Positions 21,128 to 31,694 are shown, counted from the first letter of the stretch. The stretch: 64,000 nt of DNA from Planctomycetota bacterium (GCA_043816955.1 JBDRHL010000221.1:590-64589); one strand, 5' to 3'. The notes: generated from the sequence alone by a model not told the origin. Numbers and translations: made by a program.

Positions 21128-21964
21128 ATGAATATTTCAGAAAAACAAGCTTCTCTTGCTGAATTAGCAATTGAATTGCGAAAATTGACCTTGAAAAGTA
21201 TTTACAAGGCTGGAAGCGGGCATTGTGGAGGTGCTCTTTCTGCTGTTGAAATTCTCACCGTATTGTATTTTGACAAGTTAAACATTGACCCATCCAATCC
21301 CTGCTGGGAAGATCGCGATAGGTTTATTGCCTCAAAGGGGCACTGCGCCCCGGCACTTTATGCATCCCTGGCCAAAAGAGGTTTCTTCCCGGAAGATGAG
21401 CTGCATTGTTTAAGAAAAATTGGACACTTTCTCCAGGGCCATCCGGACATGAAGAAAGTACCAGGTGTGGATATGTCAACCGGTTCGCTTGGGTTGGGCT
21501 TATCTGTCGGAATCGGGATGGCACTTGCAGCTAAACTAGACAAGAAAGAATATTATACTTATGTACTTCTCGGATGTGGTGAACATCAGGAAGGCCAGGT
21601 TTGGGAGGCCGCTATGACGGGGGCAAAATATAAACTTTCTAACCTCATAGCCATCGTCGATTACAACGGTGTTCAGTTAGACGGCTTGAACGAAGAGATC
21701 ATGCCTTTGGGAGATCTGCAGGCCAAGTGGCAGGCATTCGGCTGGAAAACAATTGCAATTGATGGCCATAACATAACACAGATATCAAATGCAATAGACC
21801 AGGTTAAGGTTGCTGAAGATGGCCCATGGGTAATACTTGCCAATACCGTAAAGGGAAAAGGAATTGATTTTATGGAGGGCAAACATGAATGGCACGGAAA
21901 AGCTATGAGTCTTGAAGATTATGTCAATGCAATGTCGCAGCTTGGAGAAATAGTTGATGCGTAG
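21128..21964 (+). CDS. Transketolase, N-terminal (TPP-binding) subunit
   Basis: GSGHCGG, SKGH, LQGHP, STGSLG and EGQVWEAA. Confidence 0.92.
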   Translation: MNISEKQASLAELAIELRKLTLKSIYKAGSGHCGGALSAVEILTVLYFDKLNIDPSNPCWEDRDRFIASKGHCAPALYASLAKRGFFPEDELHCLRKIGHFLQGHPDMKKVPGVDMSTGSLGLGLSVGIGMALAAKLDKKEYYTYVLLGCGEHQEGQVWEAAMTGAKYKLSNLIAIVDYNGVQLDGLNEEIMPLGDLQAKWQAFGWKTIAIDGHNITQISNAIDQVKVAEDGPWVILANTVKGKGIDFMEGKHEWHGKAMSLEDYVNAMSQLGEIVDA

Positions 21965-22898
21965 CGAATCTGTAAGAGAAGCATATGGTCAGGCTCTCGT
22001 GGAACTCGGCCAAGAGAATCAGAAAGTTGTTGTACTCGATGCCGACGTTTCCAATTCCACTCGAAGTGTTCTATTTGGAAGGAAATTCCCAGAAAGATTT
22101 TTTAACGTTGGAATAGCAGAAGCGAATATGATGTCAATGGCTGCCGGTATGGCCGCATGCGGGAAAATTCCATTTGCTAATACTTTCAGTTTCCTCGCTG
22201 CACTTCGTGCAGCTGATTGCGTGAGAAGCCTGATCGCCTACAATAACCTTGATGTGAAGATTGCCGGCGCATATTCCGGCTTGTCTGATTCAAAGGACGG
22301 ACCAAGCCATCAGTCAATATGCGATATTGCCATAATGAGAAGCCTGCCTAATATGACAGTTGTCGTTGTCGCTGATGCTTACGAAACAAAAATTGCAGTC
22401 AAAAAAGTGGCCGATTATAAAGGCCCCGTTTTCCTAAGGCTCAGCCGTGCAGAACTGCCCGTTATCTTCGATCAGAAACATAAATTCGAGATCGGCAAGG
22501 GTAATTTGCTTAAGCAAGGCAAAGATGTTTCTATCATAGCTGTCGGCTATATGGTTCATAAGTCGCTCGAAGCTGCAAAAATACTCGCCGACAAAGGTGC
22601 CGATGCCGAGGTAATTGAAATCCATACGATAAAGCCAATCGATAAAGATATTATTATAAAGTCAGCGAAAAAGACAGCCGCAGTTGTCACAGCAGAGGAA
22701 CATAGTGTTATTGGAGGACTCGGATCTGCTGTTGCCGAAGTGCTCGTAAATTCAAATCCCACCAGAATTGAATTTATAGGAATCAAAGACACTTTTGCCG
22801 AATCCGGCGAGTATGAGCCGTTACTCTCAAAATATGGCCTTGATGCTTCATCTATAGCCAAGGCAAGTCTTAATGCAATGAGTCAGGAAAGGAAATAG
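21957..22898 (+). CDS. Transketolase, C-terminal subunit
   Basis: NVGIAEANM, DGPSHQ and EEHSVIGGLG. Confidence 0.92.
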   Translation: MRSESVREAYGQALVELGQENQKVVVLDADVSNSTRSVLFGRKFPERFFNVGIAEANMMSMAAGMAACGKIPFANTFSFLAALRAADCVRSLIAYNNLDVKIAGAYSGLSDSKDGPSHQSICDIAIMRSLPNMTVVVVADAYETKIAVKKVADYKGPVFLRLSRAELPVIFDQKHKFEIGKGNLLKQGKDVSIIAVGYMVHKSLEAAKILADKGADAEVIEIHTIKPIDKDIIIKSAKKTAAVVTAEEHSVIGGLGSAVAEVLVNSNPTRIEFIGIKDTFAESGEYEPLLSKYGLDASSIAKASLNAMSQERK

Positions 22899-22904
22899 TT
22901 TTAG

Positions 22905-23960
22905 ATGAACTCAAGAGAACGCATACTCACTGCACTTAAACACGGCATACCTGATTGCGTGCCATATATGTATTCTTTTATTGATACTCAGTTACAGGAG
23001 CAGATTGTCGGCCATTCCCTCGATACTTATCTTTGGGATTTGAATATTGACCCGGGTATAATTGTAAAAGACAATCAGTTTCCTGAGTACAAACTTAATT
23101 ATGCGATTCATCCCGAAACAGCCCGAAAGCTGGGTCTTGATGCAATAGGAATTCGTTTTCCTGCACATCTTTTCTGCGTAACAAGATATGGGCGTGGAGG
23201 ACATTCTGTTGAACGCGGATTGTTGAATTCGCATGATTCCATCAAAAAAATGCGATTGCCAGATGTTGATGATGAGCGGATTTACAGCGAGGCAAAGGAT
23301 TTTACAAAAAAGTTCCATGGTGAATTTGCAATATTCGCGAACATACGCCTTGGCGCTTCTTCCACACTGATGAGCATGGGATATGACAATTTTTCGTTTC
23401 TACTTCACGATGATATCTCTTTGGTCTATGAGGTGGTTGACAAATACACAAACTGGATGGCCAAGATGACAAAAAATCTCAGTGAGCTTGGCTTCGATTT
23501 TATGTGGGCATTTGACGACATTGCCTGCAATACAGGCCCGATGTTTTCAATAGATACATGGAATGATGTGTTTGTGCCCAGACTTAAAAAAGCAGCGGAT
23601 AATATAAAATGCCCATGGATATACCACAGTGACGGCAATTTGCTGCCTATTCTTGACTACATGCTGCCATTGGGAATGAGCGCTTTGCATCCGCTTGAGC
23701 CGGGAGTGATGGACCTAGATTTGCTAAAAGCTCAGTATGGAAAGAAGCTCTGCTTGGTCGGCAATATTGATATTGATTATACATTAAGCCAGGCTCCAGT
23801 CGAAGAGGTTGCCCCCGTCGTTAAGGAGCGAATCGAGCAGCTTGGGCCAAATGGCGGATATATAATAGCTGACTCCAACAGCGTTCCTTATTTCTGCAAA
23901 GCAGAGAATATCCTGGCTATGAGCCAAGCAGTTAAAAAGTATAGAAATATCTATTCGTGA
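22905..23960 (+). CDS. Uroporphyrinogen decarboxylase-like (URO-D/MtaA-like) protein
   Basis: MNSRERI, FDDIA, YHSDGN, GNIDID and GGYII. Confidence 0.8.
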   Translation: MNSRERILTALKHGIPDCVPYMYSFIDTQLQEQIVGHSLDTYLWDLNIDPGIIVKDNQFPEYKLNYAIHPETARKLGLDAIGIRFPAHLFCVTRYGRGGHSVERGLLNSHDSIKKMRLPDVDDERIYSEAKDFTKKFHGEFAIFANIRLGASSTLMSMGYDNFSFLLHDDISLVYEVVDKYTNWMAKMTKNLSELGFDFMWAFDDIACNTGPMFSIDTWNDVFVPRLKKAADNIKCPWIYHSDGNLLPILDYMLPLGMSALHPLEPGVMDLDLLKAQYGKKLCLVGNIDIDYTLSQAPVEEVAPVVKERIEQLGPNGGYIIADSNSVPYFCKAENILAMSQAVKKYRNIYS

Positions 23961-23966
23961 GGTATT

Positions 23967-25361
23967 ATGTTTAAGACAGGGCTATTGGTATTTTCCGAGA
24001 GCAGGATACGCGAGGAAGTTTATAAACAGAGAAAGCCTTTACAAGATCAAGAAACAAAACGGTTTATCGATATGTTGCAAGGCAAAGTCGATTTCTATAT
24101 TCCTTCATGTGCTGAAATTCGGGGCAAAAGAGACATTAAGCAGGCTTGCAGAGAATTAGATGCTGCAGGTGTCACCTCTGTAGTTCTTTACATCCCCATT
24201 TTTGTCTCACCGGTGCTTGTCTCCCACGCTGCCAGATTGCTGACTAAGCCTTTTATTGTAGTGGGTAATTGCACAAAAGGCGCATTCAGCCAGACCGCTT
24301 TGCTTGCTGCCGCAGGAGCGATTGACCAGATCGGAATAAAATATAAAAGGCTTTCAGGCGACATTACTGATGATTCAGTTGTTGACCAATTACTGAACTA
24401 TATAAAAGCTCTGAATTCTGCCGCCGAACTTAAGGGGATGACATTTGGCTGTCTTGGTGGCCGAAGTCTTGGAATCAGTACTGGCACTGCTGACCCTGCG
24501 CAGTGGGAAAGAATATTCGGCGTTGATATTGAACATATCGACCAGTTGGAAATTGTAAAAAGAGCCGAAAATGTCTGCCAGGTTGAAGTGGAATCTATTA
24601 AGCGGTGGATAGTTGCTAATTATGGAGGAATTTTTTACCAGGAAGGACGCTTTGGTGATCAACAACTCGAAAAAGCCATTCGAAGCTATCTTGCGGTAAA
24701 GGAAATAATAAATCATTATGAGTTGGATTTCGTTGGAATAAAATGTCAGCCGGATTTGAGTAACAATTTCGTGGTTCAGTGCCTCGCCGTCCAGATGCTG
24801 AATGACCCTTATGACGCATCTGGCCCAAAGGAACCGATTGTCTGTTCTTGCGAAGCTGATCACGACGGCGCTTTGACGATGCAGATTCTGAAACTTTTGT
24901 CAGGCGGAAAACCAACTGCCTTACAGGATATATTTGTTGTTAACGATTCGGAAATGGTGTTGGCCAACTGCGGCTCAATGGCTTCTTGTTTTTCATGTTT
25001 GTCAAATGATTATGCAGTAAACCTTAAAGATGTCTATCTGCAACCACATGGTTTGGGCGATGCAGGAGGACCAGCGGTACAGTTTGTTTGTGCCGAAAGT
25101 GTCTTTACCTATGCCAGACTCTTCAGGGTATGCGGTCAGTACAGGATGATAATTTTCAAAGGTACAACGGTAAAAAAGACACGCGAGTCACTTAAAGAAT
25201 ACTCATGGTATAGACCGACATCATTTGTTAATGTTCAGATCGATAGCAAGCAGCTTATTAGTGAATTAGGATCAAATCATATTCATTGTGTTCAGGGTGA
25301 TTATGTTCGTGATCTTGCAGAATTGTGTCAATACTTGGAAATAGAATATACAGTTTACTGA
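23967..25361 (+). CDS. L-fucose/L-arabinose isomerase family protein
   Basis: GGRSLGI, GIKCQPDL, CSCEADHDG and GSNHIH. Confidence 0.85.
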   Translation: MFKTGLLVFSESRIREEVYKQRKPLQDQETKRFIDMLQGKVDFYIPSCAEIRGKRDIKQACRELDAAGVTSVVLYIPIFVSPVLVSHAARLLTKPFIVVGNCTKGAFSQTALLAAAGAIDQIGIKYKRLSGDITDDSVVDQLLNYIKALNSAAELKGMTFGCLGGRSLGISTGTADPAQWERIFGVDIEHIDQLEIVKRAENVCQVEVESIKRWIVANYGGIFYQEGRFGDQQLEKAIRSYLAVKEIINHYELDFVGIKCQPDLSNNFVVQCLAVQMLNDPYDASGPKEPIVCSCEADHDGALTMQILKLLSGGKPTALQDIFVVNDSEMVLANCGSMASCFSCLSNDYAVNLKDVYLQPHGLGDAGGPAVQFVCAESVFTYARLFRVCGQYRMIIFKGTTVKKTRESLKEYSWYRPTSFVNVQIDSKQLISELGSNHIHCVQGDYVRDLAELCQYLEIEYTVY

Positions 25362-25380
25362 CAAAAGGAGCGGTGCATTT

Positions 25381-26292
25381 ATGAATGAACCGATGCGAAA
25401 CTACATGAAGGTTGGAATAATTCATTTTATGATTTTTCCTGAAACAATAAAAGGGGAAGGGCCTATTCTCGAAACACTGAAAAAGATCGCGGTGGATGAG
25501 TATTTTGACACCGTGGAAATAACCTGGATAAAAGACTCTGTGATAAGAAATCAGGCAAGGAAGATGCTTGAAACCGCGCATATGACCATAGCTTATGGAG
25601 CACAACCGCGCCTTCTTACTACAGGGCAGAACCTCAATAGTATTAACGAGAAGAAAAGAAAAGAAGCTGTTGCTAATGTTATGGAGGGAATCGACGAGGC
25701 TTATGAGATTGGCGCTGTCGGCTGTACCTTTCTCAGTGGAAGGTACGAATTAGATACGCAGGAAAAGGCCTATAATTCCCTTGTGAAGTCCACAAGGGAA
25801 TTGTGTGACTATGCAAAATCAAAAGGAAAACTAAAAATTATCCATGAGATATTTGATTCTAATGTTGACAAGAAAAGTCTCATAGGGCCAGTTGATCTTG
25901 CAAAAAAATACGCAGAGGAAATATGTGAAAGCTATGATAATTTTGGATTGATGGTTGATCTTAGTCATCTCCCTCTGTTGAGAGAGACACCCGAACAAGC
26001 AATCCTCCCGATTAAAGATTTTCTTGCTCACGCCCATATTGGAAACTGTGTGGTTCAGTCACCATCAATGCCTGCCTATGGAGATATGCATCCGCGATTC
26101 GGATTTCCTGGCGGAGAAAACGACATCGAAGAACTTGTGAGATTCTTAAAAGTGCTTCTTGATATTGGTTTCCTAAATGACAGAAACCCGCCGATCGTAA
26201 GCTTCGAAGTTAAGCCTTTTGCTGACGAGGACTCGGATTTGGTTATCATTAATGCTAAACGAGTATTGAATGCCGCTTGGGCAAAACTGTAA
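25381..26292 (+). CDS. Sugar phosphate isomerase/epimerase (xylose isomerase-like TIM barrel)
   Basis: E.FD, VDLSH, HAHIGN, YGDMHPRFG and SFEVKP metal-ligand pattern. Confidence 0.8.
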   Translation: MNEPMRNYMKVGIIHFMIFPETIKGEGPILETLKKIAVDEYFDTVEITWIKDSVIRNQARKMLETAHMTIAYGAQPRLLTTGQNLNSINEKKRKEAVANVMEGIDEAYEIGAVGCTFLSGRYELDTQEKAYNSLVKSTRELCDYAKSKGKLKIIHEIFDSNVDKKSLIGPVDLAKKYAEEICESYDNFGLMVDLSHLPLLRETPEQAILPIKDFLAHAHIGNCVVQSPSMPAYGDMHPRFGFPGGENDIEELVRFLKVLLDIGFLNDRNPPIVSFEVKPFADEDSDLVIINAKRVLNAAWAKL

Positions 26293-26331
26293 TTGAAAAA
26301 TCATCTTGATAAATCTAATGAGGATAACAAT

Positions 26332-27321
26332 ATGAATACGGATAATCCGAATGTGTATGTAACAAGAATACTTCCGGAAAAAGCGATTAATTTGCTTAAG
26401 AAAACGTGTAATGTTGAAATTAATCCCGATGATAGAATGCTGGCTAGAAAAGAATTGCTCCAGAAAGTAAAAGGCAAAGATGCTGTATTGTGCCTTCTTA
26501 CCGATAAAATTGACGATGAGGTTTTTGCAGCAGCAGGACCGAAATGCAGGATATTTGCAAACTATGCTGTGGGCTATAACAATGTCGATGTTCAAGCTGC
26601 AACAAAAAGAAAAATTGTGGTTACAAATACTCCAGGAGTCCTCACTGATGCTACCGCTGATTTGGCCTGGACACTTTTGTTTGCGGTATCGAGAAGAGTT
26701 GTTGAGGCTGACAGGTTTACAAGACAGGGGAAATTTACAGGTTGGGAGCCGATGATGTTTCTTGGACGTGATATCACCGGCAAAACGCTTGGAGTTATAG
26801 GAGCTGGAAGAATAGGCGCAAATTTCGCTAAAAAAGCCGTCGGCTTCAACATGAAAATACTATACAGCGACCTTGCTCCAAATAAAGATTTTGAAAAAGA
26901 TACAGGTGCTATGCTTGTAAAAAGAGATGAACTTCTCCAAAGGTCTGATTTCGTATCAATACATGTGCCGCTGATGCCGGAAACAGAGCATTTAATAGGA
27001 GAACGCGAATTGTCCTTAATGAAAAAAACTGCTGTTTTGATCAATACTTCACGTGGCCCAGTAATGGACGAAAAAGCTTTGGTCAAGGCACTCAGAACAA
27101 AAACAATATGGGGGGTAGGACTGGATGTGTATGAAAATGAGCCTGCTATTGAGCCAGGATTGGCTGAATTAGAAAATGTTGTAATTCTACCTCATATTGC
27201 CAGCGCTACCATTGAAACTCGTACAAATATGGGTCTTATCGCCGTAAAGAACATAATTGCAGTGATGAATAATCAGATGCCGCCAAATTGTGTTAATCCG
27301 GAGGTCTTTAATGCAAAGTGA
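26332..27321 (+). CDS. D-glycerate dehydrogenase / D-2-hydroxyacid dehydrogenase
   Basis: AVGYNNVD, GAGRIG, INTSRG, LDVYENEP and PHIASA. Confidence 0.9.
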   Translation: MNTDNPNVYVTRILPEKAINLLKKTCNVEINPDDRMLARKELLQKVKGKDAVLCLLTDKIDDEVFAAAGPKCRIFANYAVGYNNVDVQAATKRKIVVTNTPGVLTDATADLAWTLLFAVSRRVVEADRFTRQGKFTGWEPMMFLGRDITGKTLGVIGAGRIGANFAKKAVGFNMKILYSDLAPNKDFEKDTGAMLVKRDELLQRSDFVSIHVPLMPETEHLIGERELSLMKKTAVLINTSRGPVMDEKALVKALRTKTIWGVGLDVYENEPAIEPGLAELENVVILPHIASATIETRTNMGLIAVKNIIAVMNNQMPPNCVNPEVFNAK

Positions 27322-28381
27322 TCTGCAGATTTTTCTCGATACAACAGAGCATCGTAAGCCGGAGCGAATTTTGTATTATTTTACTTTAACGGATGATATT
27401 GGCCGTCGAATTACCGATTACCTCAAAGGGGCAGACTTTAAGCAGCATTATAATCTGTTTATTCCTTATGATATTTATCCTCAGCGACCAAGCAATGTTG
27501 TGCCTCCGGACTACTCACGATATTGGGAAAATGAACATCTGTCTCCGGCTACAAGGATAAATTCGATAGGCGTTGCTGAAGTGCCTGGTGACTTTTATCA
27601 TTTTTGGCGGTATCTTTCGCCTCTTAGTAAAGCGAATAGTCTGAGAGATATTGAGAAGTATCCTATCGAGGATATGAGTACCTGGGACATGTCGTATATG
27701 TCTGAAACTGTCGAACGTGCGCATGCTCAGGGACAGACTGTTCGTGGCTGGGTGGGCCATATATATGAAAATGCCTGGCAGATTCGCGGATACGAGCAAT
27801 TTTTGATGGATATGATTGAGCGGCCGTCATGGGCTCAGTGTCTGCTTGACAAACTTGCTGAGCAATGTCTTGTCAGGGCCAAAGCATATGCTAAAGCTGA
27901 TGTTGATTGGATTCAGTGCGGCGATGATGTAGCTAATCAGAATACTCTAATGTTTTCTCCATTATTATGGGAAAAAATGATTTACTCAAAATGGAAAGAA
28001 ATCTGGCATAATGTAAAACTGATAAACAAAAATGCTCGGATTTGGTATCACAGCGACGGCAATATTATTGATATAATTGGAAAGCTTGTGGATGCCGGGG
28101 TTAATATATTAAATCCGCTACAGCCTGAATGTCTTGATATTGATTCCGTTTATAGATCATATGGAAGGCATCTGACGTTTGACGGATGTATTGGTACTCA
28201 GACCACCATGCCTTTGGGTACACCTGATGATGTTCGGGCCAGAGTGAGAGAAGTAATAAAAAAATATGGACAAAACGGCGGACTTATACTATCGCCTACT
28301 CACATTCTTGAGCCCGAGGTCCCAATAGAAAATATAGAAGCGTTCGTCAATGCCTGCAAAGATTTTGCAAAGGGGCTATAA
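27311..28381 (+). CDS. Second URO-D-like protein
   Basis: GDDVA, YHSDGN, LNPLQPE, GCIGTQ and SPTH; GGAGG RBS before ATG 27311. Confidence 0.8.
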   Translation: MQSDLQIFLDTTEHRKPERILYYFTLTDDIGRRITDYLKGADFKQHYNLFIPYDIYPQRPSNVVPPDYSRYWENEHLSPATRINSIGVAEVPGDFYHFWRYLSPLSKANSLRDIEKYPIEDMSTWDMSYMSETVERAHAQGQTVRGWVGHIYENAWQIRGYEQFLMDMIERPSWAQCLLDKLAEQCLVRAKAYAKADVDWIQCGDDVANQNTLMFSPLLWEKMIYSKWKEIWHNVKLINKNARIWYHSDGNIIDIIGKLVDAGVNILNPLQPECLDIDSVYRSYGRHLTFDGCIGTQTTMPLGTPDDVRARVREVIKKYGQNGGLILSPTHILEPEVPIENIEAFVNACKDFAKGL

Positions 28382-28389
28382 TACTCAAC

Positions 28390-28971
28390 TCACTGCGAAA
28401 ACCTTAAGTTGGATGAAATTTGATGTTGCCACAAAACTTTACGCAAGGCAGACAACATATCCACAAAGGATGGATGCCGTTTCGGAGGCAACTTGTAAAT
28501 AGCTGCGTCTCTGCGAATCCGACTGACCAGATTCACTGCTTCCGGCAACGTCTGAACAACCTGATGTTTGGCGTATTGACCATCACTCGAAACTCGCAAT
28601 TGCACCTCTGGAAGGGCTTCTACGGCTATTTAAATCATTTCGCCAGCCAGCTCCTGACGTGTGCGAAAGATATCTTCGCTCTTGCGATCCGACCGTTTTC
28701 GGTACAATGCGAAAACCGTAGGAAGAACCCTTCGAATCATCGGCCACTGTGGCAACCTTATCGTAATTGCTCCGACAAACCAGTTGTGAGCCCAGTGTTT
28801 GTCCGCCAGATTGCCCAATGTACGAAATATCCCCGTTATTGTAGTAGGCCCACGTTTGAGGATCCAGCCAAGCATTATCTGCTGCCAGATTCCGGCTGCA
28901 GGGTCGGTGAATATATACGAAAGTTGAAGAATAATATTCTTCCATACCGATACAAGAGATATAGTGTCCAT
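28390..28971 (-). pseudogene. Internally deleted IS701-like transposase remnant
   Basis: One frame with an internal TAA at 28630. Blocks AHNWFV, SSDGQY, SRIRRDAA and HPSFVDMLSALRK match GHIWV, VTDGGF, TRLRKDAA and RPSHADRCQALRR of the transposase at 9216. Confidence 0.75.
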
Positions 28972-29137
28972 GCCGACCTCCCGATAAATTGTTTATGTTT
29001 TCACAATACATATATCGGGTTGTCGGTATCTTATTTATCAATTCTATATCTTCAAATTTTGGTTAAAGTTCACCAAAATACAGCACAGGAAATTCTTAAT
29101 ACCAAAGGCTTCGAGTCTTGTTAAATTCAGAGAAAAT

Positions 29138-31063
29138 ATGTATGAACAATCAGTGACAAGGTTTAGTTTGGTACAAAAAGGTCAGCCGACGAGTCTAATA
29201 ATTGTACCTGATAATGCATTTGAATCAGTTCAGCAAGCTGCAAAAGAATTACAATATCACATTAAACAGGCATCAGGGGCTGAACTTGAGATCATATCCG
29301 AAAGCAACATAAAAGCAACCTGCTTGAATAAGATTTTTCTTGGTAATTGCACCGAACTTCAAAAAAAAGGAATTTCAACAGGGAAATTTGCTCGGAATGG
29401 TTTTCTAATCAAGAAAGATTGTAGAAATCTGTTCATGGCGGGTAATGACACTGCCGGCAACTGGCTGGATGGCAAAACGAGCGTTGGGACCCTGTTTGCT
29501 GTCTATGAATTTCTGGATCAGAAAATTGGTGTTAGATGGTTATGGCCGGGCAAATCGGGAGAAGTAATACCGCAAATACTTGATATTGATATCGAAGACC
29601 TTGACATACTTGTTACGCTGCCTATTCTGCATTCTCATTGGCGAACCGACTCAAAATGGCTTATAGGCAATGAAGGATGGCATAATCTTGAAATCCGTAA
29701 TCAATTTTTTCATGACCAGCAGGTCTGGCTGCGGCGACATCGTTTTGGGTCTGCGCTAAATTGTCCCCATGCATTTACAGAATACTGGCGGCGTTTTGGC
29801 GGCATTCATCCCGAGTATTTTAATATGCTTCCAGACGGAACACGTCGCCCCGACCCGCTTTATTTCGATGGCGCAGGGGATATAGTAAGTATGTGTGCTG
29901 CCGAGCCGGTTTTGTGGAAACAAATTGTAGAGGATTGGAAATCAAAACGAACCGAGGACAATCCCTACCTAAACGCAAATGAAAATGATACATTTGGTAA
30001 GTGTGTCGACCGAAAGTGTATGGCCTGGGATGTGCAAGGTCCCGGCTTGACCATTCCGTGGAATAAAAGATTTGAATATGCCAAGAAAGCTTTTGAAAAC
30101 GGCGAAGATAACTGGCACCGACATCTTGGGTCGCTTTCAGACCGATATGCAAAATATTATCTTGCTGTGCAGAAATTAGCCGAAGAAATTGATCCTGAAG
30201 CGGTTGTAATCGGGTTGATTTACGCAAATTATTCAGAGCCTCCGATTGAAACTAAGTTAAACGAAAGAATCATTCTTAGATTCTGCCCATCGATTATGTT
30301 TCCGTGGACAAAAAAGAAAGAGCAGATGTTTTATGAATACTGGAGCAAATGGTCTGCTACCGGAGCAAGATTGTTTTTGCGCCCGAATTACACAATGGAT
30401 GGCCATTGCTTTCCGATTTTTTATGCCCGCAAGTATAGTAAGGCATTTTCCTACGCAATGGAACATGGTATGATTGCCACAGATTACGATTCGCTCACGG
30501 GCCAATATTCAACTCAAGGCCCTTCGCTTTATATGGTGGCAAGGAACAACCGCTATGGCCTGAGAAGTTCGGAGCATATACTTGAAGAATTCTATGATGC
30601 CTTTGGCCCGGCCAAAGACGCGGCCAGGAAATACTTTGAATTCTGGGAACAGGTCTCTGATAACGTTACCGATGAAATGCTCAGCAATTCTGAAGTTAAA
30701 GAGAATACGCCTGAAGGCGGGCATTGGTCAAGGTTCTACATGGTGGCAAATAGAATTTTTACCTCTGAAGTTATGAATAAAGGTTTTCTCATTATAGAAC
30801 AGGCGAAAAATATTGTTGAAGGTGCAGATATTATTTATCGGGAGCGTGTGGCTTTTTTGGAAAAAGGGTTAAAGAATGCCAAGCTAACCCTTGATATGCA
30901 AGCAGCTCGAAGCAAAGGTGAGCAAACAGGTGATATGACTGAATACAACAGGACTGCTAAAGAACTAAATGATTATAGAAGCAGAGCTGAAGGTGATTAC
31001 ATTGCGAATATGGGTTATCTTGCCTGGGCTGAAAAACGGAAATTCAGCTGGATGATAGTGTAG
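29138..31063 (+). CDS. DUF4838-like putative glycoside hydrolase-associated protein
   Basis: AAKELQYHIKQASGAEL, GTLFAVYEFL..GVRWLWPG, HPEYF, YANYSEPP and FLRPN. Confidence 0.7.
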   Translation: MYEQSVTRFSLVQKGQPTSLIIVPDNAFESVQQAAKELQYHIKQASGAELEIISESNIKATCLNKIFLGNCTELQKKGISTGKFARNGFLIKKDCRNLFMAGNDTAGNWLDGKTSVGTLFAVYEFLDQKIGVRWLWPGKSGEVIPQILDIDIEDLDILVTLPILHSHWRTDSKWLIGNEGWHNLEIRNQFFHDQQVWLRRHRFGSALNCPHAFTEYWRRFGGIHPEYFNMLPDGTRRPDPLYFDGAGDIVSMCAAEPVLWKQIVEDWKSKRTEDNPYLNANENDTFGKCVDRKCMAWDVQGPGLTIPWNKRFEYAKKAFENGEDNWHRHLGSLSDRYAKYYLAVQKLAEEIDPEAVVIGLIYANYSEPPIETKLNERIILRFCPSIMFPWTKKKEQMFYEYWSKWSATGARLFLRPNYTMDGHCFPIFYARKYSKAFSYAMEHGMIATDYDSLTGQYSTQGPSLYMVARNNRYGLRSSEHILEEFYDAFGPAKDAARKYFEFWEQVSDNVTDEMLSNSEVKENTPEGGHWSRFYMVANRIFTSEVMNKGFLIIEQAKNIVEGADIIYRERVAFLEKGLKNAKLTLDMQAARSKGEQTGDMTEYNRTAKELNDYRSRAEGDYIANMGYLAWAEKRKFSWMIV

Positions 31064-31104
31064 AAAGAGGTCGCAGGTTCATATCGGGGTAAAAACATCG
31101 GCGC

Positions 31105-31142
31105 AAAAAGAGATAACTTCCTGTCAGACAAGAAGTTATCTC
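31105..31142 (-). terminator. Intrinsic terminator downstream of tRNA-fMet
   Basis: 11-bp stem GAGATAACTTC (31110-31120) / GAAGTTATCTC (31132-31142), followed by a T5 tract on the - strand. Confidence 0.6.
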
Positions 31143-31152
31143 CAGAATTCTA

Positions 31153-31226
<74 letters not shown>

Positions 31227-31280
31227 GCTAAGTATTTTACATTAAAATAACACAAACATATTTTGCTTTCAATAACCCCT

Positions 31281-31694
31281 TTACAAATTCCGGCGAATTT
31301 CTTCTGCAATCTTATCCATCTTGCCAGGCGGGTATTTATACGCCGGCCACCGGTTAAACACGCCATCATTGGCATTCCGCGGGATTATATGAAAATGTAA
31401 ATGCCCCACCAACTGCCCCGCCGACCGACCATTGTTACACAGCACATTGTAACCATCGCAATCCATCGCCTTGACAACCGCTTTGGCAATATTTCCCATA
31501 CACCCCCCTATTTCTCCCAGCAAATCCGCTGGACACTCATGCAATCTCTCGAAATGTTCTTTGGTCACAACTAATGTGTGCCCGTCGCTTATCGGGACAA
31601 TATCCATAAATGATAAAATCTTGTCATTCTCGAAAATCTTTGCAGCAGGCACCTCACCCGCTATGATTTTACAGAATATACACTTCGTGTTCAT
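31281..31694 (-). CDS. HIT family nucleotide hydrolase
   Basis: CIFCKI and AGQLVGHLHFHIIPR. Confidence 0.92.
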   Translation of the reverse strand: MNTKCIFCKIIAGEVPAAKIFENDKILSFMDIVPISDGHTLVVTKEHFERLHECPADLLGEIGGCMGNIAKAVVKAMDCDGYNVLCNNGRSAGQLVGHLHFHIIPRNANDGVFNRWPAYKYPPGKMDKIAEEIRRNL

